Shown: positions 36,248 through 45,174 of the stretch, piece after piece
Position numbering within the stretch: position 1 is the stretch's first letter
Layout: each line of letters opens with the position of its first letter
Assembly (NCBI GenBank): GCA_038253125.1
Contig: JBBSHM010000006.1
Span: 1-63,891, forward strand
DNA: 63,891 bases
Origin: Acidimicrobiales bacterium
GTDB lineage: Bacteria; Actinomycetota; Acidimicrobiia; Acidimicrobiales; JAUJNH01
Direction of reading: 5' to 3'
The notes under the pieces: generated by a model
Told to the model about the DNA's origin: nothing
The model's input: only the letters and a program-made list of their open reading frames with translations
The model's database searches: none
Program-made: the position numbers and the translations under genes

Positions 36248-37698
36248 CGGCACCGATCGACCCGGCGCGCTTCGACCCGACGCCCTTCGACCCGACGCCC
36301 TTCGACCCGACGCCCTTCGACCCGGCGCCGTTCGGCCCGACGGCCTTCGACCTCTCGACGCCCCGGCGGGTTCACATCGTGGGCATCACGGGCACGGGCA
36401 TGAGCGCCTACGCCTCGGTCCTCGCCCAGGCCGGCCACCGGGTCACGGGCAGTGACGCCGCCGTCGACCCGACGGCGGCGTGGCGCCTGACCGCAGCCGG
36501 CGTGATCGTGCACCACGGCCATGACGCCGGCCACGTCCCGCCTGACGCCGAGGCCGTGGCCGCGTCAACCGCCGTCCGGGCCGACAACCCCGAGGTCGTC
36601 GAGGCCCTCCGTCGTGGCCTGACCATCCTGCGACGGGCCGACCTCCTGGCCTCGTTGTGCCGCAGCCGCCGCACCCTGGCCGTCTCCGGCACCCACGGCA
36701 AGACGACCACCAGCGCGCTCGTGGCGCTGGCCCTGCGGGGGGCGGGTCGGCACCCTTCGTTCGTCGTGGGCGCCGACGTGCCCGGCCTCGACCACGGCGC
36801 CCACTGGGACGGCGGCGACGACCTTCTCGTGGCCGAGGCCGACGAGAGCGACGGCACGTTCCTGGAGCTGCCCCGGAGCCTGGCGGTGGTCACCAGCGTC
36901 GAGGCCGACCACCTGGCCACCTACGGCGGCACCATCGAGGGCCTGCAGGCGGCCTTCCGCCGCTTCGTGACCGAGACCGCCGGACCGGTGGTCATAGGGA
37001 TCGACGATCCCGGAGCCGCCGCCCTGGCCGAATCACGGCCCGATGCGGTGACCTTCGGCGAGGACGACAGCGCCTCGTTCCGCGTGGCCGATCTGGTGGT
37101 CGAGCGCCTGCGGACCCGCTTCACCCTGCACCACCCTGGCGGCGCCACCCGGGTCGACCTGCCGGCGCCGGGGCTGCACAACGCCCGGAACGCGGCGGCG
37201 GCCATCGCCGCCGTCGCCGCCCTCGGCCTCGACACCGACCGGGCGGCCGGGGGGCTGGCTGCCTACGACGGGGTCCACCGCCGCTTCCAGCTAAGGGGCG
37301 AGCGCGGCGGCGTGACCTTCGTCGACGACTACGCCCACCTCCCCGGCGAGGTGCGGGCCGTTCTGGCCGCCGCCCGGCGCGGGGGGTGGGGTCGGGTCGT
37401 GGCCGTCTTCCAGCCCCACCGCGTTAGCCGCACCCAGGACCTCCACGCCCAGTTCGCCTCCGCCTTTGCCGATGCGGACGTGCTGGTCGTAGCCGGCATC
37501 TACCCGGCTGGCGAAGAGCCCCGTCCGGGGATCACCGGCCGGCTGGTGGCCGAGGCCAGCGGCCATGGGTCGCTCACCTACGTCGAAGGCCGGGCCGGCC
37601 TGGCGGCCACGGTGCGGGCGCTCCTGCGCCCGGGCGACCTCTGCCTGACGCTGGGCGCCGGCGACATCACCACCCTCGCCGAGGAGCTGCTGAGGTGA
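36244..37698 (+). CDS. murC: UDP-MurNAc-L-alanine ligase
   Basis: SGTHGKTTTS, AEADESDGTF, DDYAHLPGE, FQPHR. Confidence 0.95.
   Translation: MTAPIDPARFDPTPFDPTPFDPTPFDPAPFGPTAFDLSTPRRVHIVGITGTGMSAYASVLAQAGHRVTGSDAAVDPTAAWRLTAAGVIVHHGHDAGHVPPDAEAVAASTAVRADNPEVVEALRRGLTILRRADLLASLCRSRRTLAVSGTHGKTTTSALVALALRGAGRHPSFVVGADVPGLDHGAHWDGGDDLLVAEADESDGTFLELPRSLAVVTSVEADHLATYGGTIEGLQAAFRRFVTETAGPVVIGIDDPGAAALAESRPDAVTFGEDDSASFRVADLVVERLRTRFTLHHPGGATRVDLPAPGLHNARNAAAAIAAVAALGLDTDRAAGGLAAYDGVHRRFQLRGERGGVTFVDDYAHLPGEVRAVLAAARRGGWGRVVAVFQPHRVSRTQDLHAQFASAFADADVLVVAGIYPAGEEPRPGITGRLVAEASGHGSLTYVEGRAGLAATVRALLRPGDLCLTLGAGDITTLAEELLR
36256..36351 (+). repeat. 15-bp tandem repeats at murC N-terminus
   Basis: TTCGACCCGACGCCC units encoding FDPTP x3 plus variants. 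Confidence 0.88.
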
Positions 37699-38666
37699 CC
37701 CCGGCCGGCGAGGTGGCGATCCAGGAGGCGGCGATCCAGGAGACGGCGGCCCGACTGGGGCCGAAGGCGCGCCGCGACGTGCCGCTCGGCCCCCTCACGA
37801 CCTCGCGGGTCGGGGGGCCGGCGGCGCTGCTGGCCCGGGTCGGCGACGACGCCGACCTCGATGCGGTGGCGGCGGTGGTCGCCGCCACCGGCATCGCCAC
37901 CCTGGTGGTGGGCCGGGGCTCTAACCTGCTCGTGTCCGACCGGGGCTACGCCGGGCTCGTCCTGGTGCTGGGCGGAGACTTCGAGGCCGTCGATCTCGCC
38001 GCGGCCCGTCCGGTCGTTCGGGCCGGGGGCGCCGTGGCCCTGCCGGCCCTGGCCCGGCGCAGCGCAGCCGCTGGGCTCACCGGGTTCGCGTGGGCCGTTG
38101 GCGTGCCGGGATCGGTGGGCGGAGCGGTGAGGATGAACGCAGGCGGGCACGGATCGGACATGGCGGCGACGCTGGTCGACGCCGAGGTGATCGAAATGGG
38201 CGGGGGAGGCCGCCGCACCGTCGCTGCCGGCGAGCTGGGGCTTGGTTACCGCACCAGCGCGGTGAGCCCGGCCATGGTCGTGCTGGCCGTGCGGCTGGCT
38301 CTGGCCGAGGGCGATGCCGCCACCGCCCAGGCCGAGATCGACGGCATAGTGCGCTGGCGGCGCGAGCACCAGCCCGGCGGCCAGAACTCGGGCAGCGTGT
38401 TCACCAACCCCGAAGGGATGTCGGCGGGCCAGCTGCTGGACGCCGCCGGTGGGCGCGGCCTGCGGATCGGCACGGCCCGGATCTCGGAGAAGCACGCCAA
38501 CTTCATCCAGGTGGACACCGCAGGCCGGGCGGCCGATGTGCTGGCGCTCATCCGCGCTGCCCGCCGCCTGGTGCACGACCATGGTGGAGTGACCCTGCAC
38601 CCCGAGTTGCGTCTGGTCGGATTCGACGACGACGAGATGGTCGGCGTGATCGGCGAGCTGCGCTGA
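37695..38666 (+). CDS. murB: UDP-N-acetylenolpyruvoylglucosamine reductase
   Basis: GRGSNLLV, PGSVGGAVRMNAG, GSVFTNP, SEKHANFI. Confidence 0.95.
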   Translation: MTPAGEVAIQEAAIQETAARLGPKARRDVPLGPLTTSRVGGPAALLARVGDDADLDAVAAVVAATGIATLVVGRGSNLLVSDRGYAGLVLVLGGDFEAVDLAAARPVVRAGGAVALPALARRSAAAGLTGFAWAVGVPGSVGGAVRMNAGGHGSDMAATLVDAEVIEMGGGGRRTVAAGELGLGYRTSAVSPAMVVLAVRLALAEGDAATAQAEIDGIVRWRREHQPGGQNSGSVFTNPEGMSAGQLLDAAGGRGLRIGTARISEKHANFIQVDTAGRAADVLALIRAARRLVHDHGGVTLHPELRLVGFDDDEMVGVIGELR

Positions 38667-39646
38667 TGGGTGCCCGTAGGCGGGCCGCCCGTGCCGGCCA
38701 CCCAGCCTCGTCGTTCTTTGACGCCGCCACCGAGGAACCGGCGTTGCTCGAGGCTTACAGCCGAGCCCGGGCGGAGCGGCGGCCACAGCGGCAGGACCCC
38801 GCCCGTGGACGGCGACGGCGGCGCCGGGTAGCGACGGCCGGCCCGGGCCCCATGGTCGATCCCCGAATCGCCGCCCGCGGCGACGAGGTCGAGGCCGGCA
38901 CCGCCGTCGTCGCCTCGAGGCGCCGCCGACGGTGGGCGGTCGCCATCGGTGCCGTGCTGGCCCTGGCCGTCGGCGGCCTGACCGTGCTGAGCCCCCTCGT
39001 CGGTGTGAGCACCGTTCGGGTGAGCGGCGCCCCGCACACGGGAGCCGCCGCCGTTCGGGCCGCCAGCGGTCTGCGGAAGGGTCAGCCGTTGGTCCGAATC
39101 GATTCTGCGCGGGCGACCGCCCGGGTCCGGCGCCTCCCGTGGGTCAGCCTGGTGACCCTCGAGCGGCGGTGGCCGGTGGGCGTGGTCCTGACGGTCACCG
39201 AGCGCGCCCCGGCCGTCGTCGTCGCCTGCCAGGACGGCGGGCCCGCCGGGTGCCTGGTGGACCGCGGCGGCCGGGTGCTGGCCTCGGCGGTGGACGATCC
39301 CGAGGCCGGCACCTTGCCGCGCCTGACGGGCGTGCCTGTGGCCGGCGGCCCGGGTTCTGACCTGGCAGAGCAGGCGCGGGGGCCGCTGGCCGTGGCCACC
39401 GCACTGCCGAACGGTTTGCGCGCCCTCGTGGCCGGCGTGCGGGGCGATGGCGGCGAGGTGTCGCTCGACCTCCGGGCCCCGGGGCGCGACGCCAGTCCGC
39501 CGGTCGTGCGCCTGGGGCCGCCCGACCGCATCCCCGACAAGCTCACGGCGGCGGCGACCGTGCTGGCCCGCACGTCGGTCAACGGTGTGGCTGTCCTCGA
39601 CGTCCGCGTCCCGGAATCGCCGGCGCTGACGCGAATTCGTCGCTGA
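38666..39646 (+). CDS. ftsQ: Cell division protein FtsQ/DivIB
   Basis: TM, POTRA (VRVSG...LPWV...RRWP..V.ER), LDVRVP; upstream of ftsZ. Confidence 0.85.
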   Translation: MGARRRAARAGHPASSFFDAATEEPALLEAYSRARAERRPQRQDPARGRRRRRRVATAGPGPMVDPRIAARGDEVEAGTAVVASRRRRRWAVAIGAVLALAVGGLTVLSPLVGVSTVRVSGAPHTGAAAVRAASGLRKGQPLVRIDSARATARVRRLPWVSLVTLERRWPVGVVLTVTERAPAVVVACQDGGPAGCLVDRGGRVLASAVDDPEAGTLPRLTGVPVAGGPGSDLAEQARGPLAVATALPNGLRALVAGVRGDGGEVSLDLRAPGRDASPPVVRLGPPDRIPDKLTAAATVLARTSVNGVAVLDVRVPESPALTRIRR

Positions 39647-39695
39647 CCTTGCCACCGCCGACCGGTTCCGGTAACTTCTCCCCGTCTGCTCAAGG

Positions 39696-39732
39696 TTTAC
39701 ATAACTCTACATGTCTGGTTGAGGTCGAGAGT
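39696..39732 (+). promoter_or_regulatory. AT-rich ftsZ promoter/dyad element
   Basis: TTTACATAACTCTACATGTCTGGTTGAGGTCGAGAGT with ACTCT...AGAGT symmetry. Confidence 0.5.
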
Positions 39733-39824
39733 CCGGCCTGTATGGATCCCTCTTCTCGAGCGGTATGCGGTGTGAGCATCGTGGCAGCGCAGTGAAACGC
39801 ATTTCGACCAAGGAGCAAGACCGA

Positions 39825-40910
39825 ATGGCGTCCGTGACCTATCTCGTGGTCATCAAGGTGATAGGCGTGGGTGGCGGTGGCGTCAACGCCGTCAACCGGA
39901 TGATCGACGCCGGCCTGAAGGGCGTCGAGTTCATAGCTGTGAACACCGACGCCCAGGCCCTGCTGATGAGCGATGCGGACACCAAGCTCGACATCGGCCG
40001 CCAGCTGACCCGGGGCCTCGGTGCCGGCGCCGATCCCGAGGTGGGCAAGGCCGCAGCCGACGAGCACCGCGAGGAGATCGAAGAGGCGATCAAGGGCGCC
40101 GACATGGTGTTCGTGACGGCGGGCGAGGGCGGCGGCACCGGCACGGGCGCCGCCCCGGTGGTGGCCGAGGTCGCCCGCAACATCGGGGCCCTCACCATCG
40201 GCGTCGTCACCAAACCGTTCAGCTTCGAGGGCAAGCGGCGGGCACTGCAGGCCGAGGAAGGGATCGGGCGGCTCGCCGACTCGGTTGACACCCTGATCGT
40301 CATCCCGAACGACCGGCTCCTCACAGCGTCGAACGAGAAGACCTCGATGGTGAGCGCCTTCAAGATGGCCGACGAGGTGCTGCTCCAGGGCGTGCAGGGG
40401 ATCAGCGACCTCATCACCACGCCCGGCCTGATCAACACCGACTTCGCTGACGTGAAGGCGATCCTGAAGGACGCCGGTACGGCGATGATGGGCATCGGCT
40501 ACGCCAGCGGCGAGGGCCGGGCCGAGGCGGCGGCGCGAGCGGCCATCACCAGCCCGCTGCTCGAGTCCTCGATCGAGGGTGCCCGCGGCATCCTCCTCCT
40601 CATATCGGGCGGCAGCGACCTCGGTCTGTTCGAGTTCAGCCAGGCCGCCGAGATCATCCAGGGCGTCGCCCACCCCGACGCCAACATCATCCTCGGCTCG
40701 GTGGTCGACGACGCCCTCGGCGACGAGATGCGGGTGACCGTCGTCGCCGCCGGCTTCGACCGCTTCGATTCCGGCACCGTCCGCCGCCCGGCCGGCCGCC
40801 CCCAGCGTGAGCCCGACAGCGGCCTGTTCCAGCCCCGCAAGGACCCCTACGCTGCAGCCGACGATGACTTCGGTGACGACGACTTCGACGTCCCGTCGTT
40901 CCTCAAGTAG
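39825..40910 (+). CDS. ftsZ: Cell division protein FtsZ
   Basis: [21 protein letters not shown]-terminal DVPSFLK; AAGGAG RBS. Confidence 0.99.
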   Translation: MASVTYLVVIKVIGVGGGGVNAVNRMIDAGLKGVEFIAVNTDAQALLMSDADTKLDIGRQLTRGLGAGADPEVGKAAADEHREEIEEAIKGADMVFVTAGEGGGTGTGAAPVVAEVARNIGALTIGVVTKPFSFEGKRRALQAEEGIGRLADSVDTLIVIPNDRLLTASNEKTSMVSAFKMADEVLLQGVQGISDLITTPGLINTDFADVKAILKDAGTAMMGIGYASGEGRAEAAARAAITSPLLESSIEGARGILLLISGGSDLGLFEFSQAAEIIQGVAHPDANIILGSVVDDALGDEMRVTVVAAGFDRFDSGTVRRPAGRPQREPDSGLFQPRKDPYAAADDDFGDDDFDVPSFLK

Positions 40911-40938
40911 CGGTAGTCACATCCCGACCGGATCGGTC

Positions 40939-41628
40939 GTGAGCACCGTGGGCCTGGCCGAGCAGGTCGAGGCTCGGCTCGTCGCGCTCCGACGCACGAT
41001 CGAGGCCGCCGGCCGCGACCCGGGATCGGTGCGGATCGTCGCCGTGACCAAGGGCCACGGTCCCGAGGCCTGCGAGGCCGCGCTCGCCGTCGGGCTCACC
41101 GACCTCGGGGAGAGCTATGCCCAGGAGCTGCTGGGCAAGGCCGCCCTGCCACAGCTGGCGGGAGCCCGGTGGCACTTCGTCGGCGGGCTGCAGACGAAGA
41201 AGGTGCGTGACCTGGCCGGCTCGGTCCACCTGTGGGAGTCGGTCGACCGCCCGAAGCTGGTGGGTGAGCTGGCTCGGAGGGCCCCGGGGGCGCAGGTGCT
41301 GGTCCAGGTGGCGCTCTCGTGCGAGCCGGGCAAGGCGGGCTGCCCCTTCGACGACGTGGCCGCCCTGGTGGACGAGGCCGGCCGGGCGGGGCTGGTGGTC
41401 GGCGGCCTCATGGGCGTGGGCCCCACCGCCGGGGGCCCCGAGGCGGCCCGGCCGGGCTTCCGCCGGCTCGCCCGCACGGCGGCCGAGCTGGGCCTGGCGA
41501 CCGTCTCGATGGGCATGTCGGCAGACGTTTCGGTGGCGTTGGCCGAAGGGGCAACAGCCGTGCGGCTGGGCACCGCGCTCTTCGGTCCCCGAACCCAGCG
41601 TCCCCAAGTGCGAGCATGGGGCGAGTAG
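40939..41628 (+). CDS. yggS: YggS/PROSC PLP homeostasis protein
   Basis: VAVTK, LGESYAQE, WHFVGGLQ, SMGMS, VRLGTALFG. Confidence 0.92.
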   Translation: MSTVGLAEQVEARLVALRRTIEAAGRDPGSVRIVAVTKGHGPEACEAALAVGLTDLGESYAQELLGKAALPQLAGARWHFVGGLQTKKVRDLAGSVHLWESVDRPKLVGELARRAPGAQVLVQVALSCEPGKAGCPFDDVAALVDEAGRAGLVVGGLMGVGPTAGGPEAARPGFRRLARTAAELGLATVSMGMSADVSVALAEGATAVRLGTALFGPRTQRPQVRAWGE

Positions 41629-41645
41629 GAGAGGACGACGCACAG

Positions 41646-42185
41646 ATGGCAGGTGGGATGCGAAGGATCATGGAGCACCTCGGGTTGGTCGACCCTCCCG
41701 AGTACGAGGACGGCTACGGGTACGGCTACGAGGCTGAGGGACCCGCGCCCCAGGCCGTGCCGTCCGCCCGTTCCCGGCCGGTGGACGACGGCATGGGGGC
41801 CATCCGTCCCCTGCCTCGCAACCCGTCCGCCGGCGAGCCGATGGGGGGCGGCACCAGCGTCACGCCCATCCCCCGGCCGGCCCGGCCCGTCCAGCAGGTC
41901 AAGGAGCAGCGGGTGCACATCGTGAAGCCGCAGGAGTTCTCCGCCGGCCAGGAGATCGGTGACCGGATCAAGCAGGGCGCCCCAGTCGTGGTTTCGGTGG
42001 TGGACACCGACCCGATCGTCGGCCGCCGGATCATCGACTTCTGCTCGGCCTGTGTCTACATGGTGGACGGCCGCATGCAGCGGGTGGCCAAGAGCGTGTT
42101 CCTGCTGACGCCGTCGAACGTCGAGATCAGCGACAGCGAGAAGAGGCGCCTGCAGGACCAGGGGCTCTACAAGCTCGAGATCTGA
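41646..42185 (+). CDS. sepF: Cell division protein SepF
   Basis: RRIMEHLGL N-terminus, RRIIDFCS, VFLLTPSNVEI. Confidence 0.92.
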   Translation: MAGGMRRIMEHLGLVDPPEYEDGYGYGYEAEGPAPQAVPSARSRPVDDGMGAIRPLPRNPSAGEPMGGGTSVTPIPRPARPVQQVKEQRVHIVKPQEFSAGQEIGDRIKQGAPVVVSVVDTDPIVGRRIIDFCSACVYMVDGRMQRVAKSVFLLTPSNVEISDSEKRRLQDQGLYKLEI

Positions 42186-42251
42186 CGGCACCGCATCTGA
42201 CGACACCGCATCCCGGAGTACGTCACTGGAGCCGCCTACGCTCCGGTCCCC

Positions 42252-42506
42252 GTGTCCGTCATCTGCGCAATCCTCGGTGTGTACCAGCTGGTGCTCATCG
42301 TGCGCGCCATCACCTCCTTCTTTCCGGTCACGCCCGGCACGCCCTTCGCCCAGGTGGTCGAGGTGCTGTACAAGGTCACCGAGCCCGTGCTGGCCCCGCT
42401 GCGCAAGGTCATCCCGCCGATCGGCATGTTCGACCTGTCGTTCCTGGTCCTGCTGATCGGCCTTCAGGTCTTCACCGGCCTGCTCGGCTGCAAGGCCATC
42501 ATCTGA
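42252..42506 (+). CDS. YggT/YlmG membrane protein
   Basis: VTEPVLAPLRKVIPPIGMFDLS. Confidence 0.92.
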   Translation: MSVICAILGVYQLVLIVRAITSFFPVTPGTPFAQVVEVLYKVTEPVLAPLRKVIPPIGMFDLSFLVLLIGLQVFTGLLGCKAII

Positions 42507-42538
42507 TCCGGCCTACCGGGCGCATAGGCTTGGTATCG

Positions 42539-43621
42539 ATGGACCTGACGCCTGCCGCCCTGAGGGAGACCACCTTCCGGGGCGCCCTCCGGGGCTACAA
42601 CGTGGACGATGTCGACGAGTTCGTCGAACGGGTCGCCGTGGGCCTGGGCGGGCTCCTGGAGCAGCTGCGCCTCGGCTCGCACAGGGCGGCGGCGGCCGAG
42701 CGTCGGACCAAGGACGCGGCCACGTCCGAGGACGAGATGAAGCGCACGCTCGCCCACGCCCAGAAGCTGGCCGAGGGCGTGGTGGCCGAGGCCCGCCAGG
42801 AGGCGGCCCGCCTCACCGACGAGGCCCGCCAGGTCGTGGTGCAGCTGCGCCGGACGGCCAACGAGGAAGTGGCCGGCGAGCACCAGGAGGCGGCGGCGGC
42901 GCGGACCGAAGCCGATCGACTGCGGCGGGACGTCGAGGCCGAGCGGGCCGTGGCCCGAAGCGAAGCCGATCGACTGCGGCGCGAGGTCGAGGCCGGGCGG
43001 TCCGTGGCACGGGCCCAGGCGGAGGCGGGTCGGGCCGCAGCCCGGGCCGCGGTCGAGGCCGATCGCGCCGCAGCCGCAGGTCAACTCGAGGCGATGGTCG
43101 CTGGCGCCGCCGCCGGTGTCGACGCCGACCTGCGGGCCGAGGTCGAGCGACTGCACGAGGTGCGCACCACCCTGCAGCGCGACATCGCCGTCCTCACGGG
43201 CTGGGTGCAGGAGCAGCGGGGGTCGGTGCGCGAGGCGCTGGTTTCGACCCTGGCCGCCATCGACCGCGTAGCCCCGGCCGCGGTGCCGCCGGCCATCACC
43301 GACGTCGACCCGTCGGTGCGCCTCGGCCACGATCACCCGGCCGCCGTCCCAACCGGGCCGGCTCCTCCCGAGGCGTCTGCACCGGCAGCTCCTGAGGCGT
43401 CGGCGCCGACAGATTCCGAGGTGCCGGCGCCAGCCCCTGCTGCGGCGGCGTCGCCCCCTCCCGAGCCGCCTGTCCGTGCCGACCCCGAGCCCCGGGCCGA
43501 CGAGCCCGTGCCGGCGGCCCAGCAGCTGTCCGACGACGAGTTCCTGGCCGAGATGAGGCAGACCGCCTCGAACCCCTCCGCCGCGTCGCCTGGTCCAGCC
43601 GACCCGCGGTGGCTGTACTGA
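42539..43621 (+). CDS. divIVA: DivIVA domain protein
   Basis: FRGALRGYNVDDVDEFV, coiled coil with an internal 54-bp duplication (EADRLRR). Confidence 0.88.
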   Translation: MDLTPAALRETTFRGALRGYNVDDVDEFVERVAVGLGGLLEQLRLGSHRAAAAERRTKDAATSEDEMKRTLAHAQKLAEGVVAEARQEAARLTDEARQVVVQLRRTANEEVAGEHQEAAAARTEADRLRRDVEAERAVARSEADRLRREVEAGRSVARAQAEAGRAAARAAVEADRAAAAGQLEAMVAGAAAGVDADLRAEVERLHEVRTTLQRDIAVLTGWVQEQRGSVREALVSTLAAIDRVAPAAVPPAITDVDPSVRLGHDHPAAVPTGPAPPEASAPAAPEASAPTDSEVPAPAPAAAASPPPEPPVRADPEPRADEPVPAAQQLSDDEFLAEMRQTASNPSAASPGPADPRWLY

Positions 43622-43700
43622 CGTCACCGTTGCCGCCCCGCCCGCCGTCGCTCGCGGCGGCCCGACTAGTATTCGGCGGCCACTCAACCCAAAGCCGAAG

Positions 43701-45158
43701 GTGTTATCCGTGCTCCTCCTCGTGACCATCTTCCTCGTCGTGGTTGGCACGATCAGCCTCGTGATCGGCTACGTACAGTCGTCGCTCGTGCCGATCTATG
43801 TGTCCATCGGCTGCAGCGTCATCGCTGGTGCCGTGTTGCTGATCTTCAGCCGGATGACCTCGCGGTCGCGGCCCACACCCGCCGCCGACGAGGGCCCGGC
43901 CCCGTTCAGCGCCGGCGGCTCCAGCGGCACCAAGTCGGTTCCGGCCATGGCCGGCGGCGGGTTCCTCGGCCGCTCGTCTTCGGGTGACGCATCCGCCTCG
44001 GCCGCCGACGTCCCGTCGCGCTACGCCGCCGACGACCACGTCGAGGACGACCACGACGACCACGACGCCGTCGAGGGCGATGGCGCGACCGCCGAGTTCC
44101 CGATCGACCGTTACGACTCCCGGCGTGTGGGGGAGATCCTCCCGCTGCTCGCCGAGCTCGACGTCGACGAGCTCGACCTCGTGCGCGAGCGCGAGGAGCG
44201 GGGCAAGGGCCGAGCCACGCTTCTCGCTCGCATAGACCAGCTGATCGAGCAGCTCGAGGAGGAGGACCGCCACGAGGCCGACCACCGCTTCGACGCTCCC
44301 GCGGCCGGACACGACGATGACGATGAGAATGACGACGGGGACGAGCCGGCCGCCCCGCCCACCGTGTCGCAGCCCGTCAGCGTCGGCGCCCTGCCGGATG
44401 ACGATGACTACTTCCCAATCGAGGAGTACGACGACCTGCGGGCCAGCGAGATCCTGCCCCTGCTGCCTGAGCTTGACGACGACGAGCTCGAGATGGTGCG
44501 ACAACGGGAACGTTCCGGCTCCGCTCGCTCCTCGATCATGCACCGCATCGAGGCCCTCCTCGAGCCCGAACCGGCCGCAGTCGGTCCCGGTCCCGTTCCG
44601 GCACCCGATGACATCGCCTACATGCAGGACGACGAAGACGAGGACGACTTCGAGCCTGAGGCCGAGCCCGTGGTGAGCGAGACGATCGTGGAGCCGCCGG
44701 CGCGCCAGGCACGAGCGACGAGGCCATCAGGCGGTCGCACGGCCAGGGCCCCGGCGGTCAAGGCCCCGGCTGTGAAGGCCCCGGCAGCCAAGGCGCCCCG
44801 AGCGGTCAAGGCCCCGGCTGTGAAGGCCCCGGCTGTGAAGGCCCCGGCGGTAAAGGCTCCGGCGGTCAAGTCCCCGACCAGGGCGGCCAAGGCCGCCGCC
44901 GTCACCCCGAGGCCGCCGGCGGCCAGGGCCACCAGAGCACCAGCCAAGGCGGCGCCGGTGGCGGCAGTCTCAAAGGCACCGACCCGGAGGGCGGCGCCGG
45001 CCGGGAAGGCGGTGCCGGTGGCCAAGGCGGCCAAGGCGCCGGCCGCCAAGGCCGCGGTGGCCAAGGCGGCCCCGGCCAAGCGGACGGCGCAGAAGCGCAC
45101 CGCCAGCCCCAGCACCACGCCGGCGTCCAAGGCCACCAGGAAGGCCGCCAAGCGTTGA
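43701..45158 (+). CDS. Hypothetical 2-TM protein with duplicated helical domain and histone H1-like basic tail
   Basis: Two N-terminal TMs; two FPI..YD....EILPLL.EL..DEL..VR.RE..G..R..... units; AVKAP repeats. Confidence 0.8.
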   Translation: MLSVLLLVTIFLVVVGTISLVIGYVQSSLVPIYVSIGCSVIAGAVLLIFSRMTSRSRPTPAADEGPAPFSAGGSSGTKSVPAMAGGGFLGRSSSGDASASAADVPSRYAADDHVEDDHDDHDAVEGDGATAEFPIDRYDSRRVGEILPLLAELDVDELDLVREREERGKGRATLLARIDQLIEQLEEEDRHEADHRFDAPAAGHDDDDENDDGDEPAAPPTVSQPVSVGALPDDDDYFPIEEYDDLRASEILPLLPELDDDELEMVRQRERSGSARSSIMHRIEALLEPEPAAVGPGPVPAPDDIAYMQDDEDEDDFEPEAEPVVSETIVEPPARQARATRPSGGRTARAPAVKAPAVKAPAAKAPRAVKAPAVKAPAVKAPAVKAPAVKSPTRAAKAAAVTPRPPAARATRAPAKAAPVAAVSKAPTRRAAPAGKAVPVAKAAKAPAAKAAVAKAAPAKRTAQKRTASPSTTPASKATRKAAKR

Positions 45159-45174
45159 TCGGGCTGGCCAGTTC

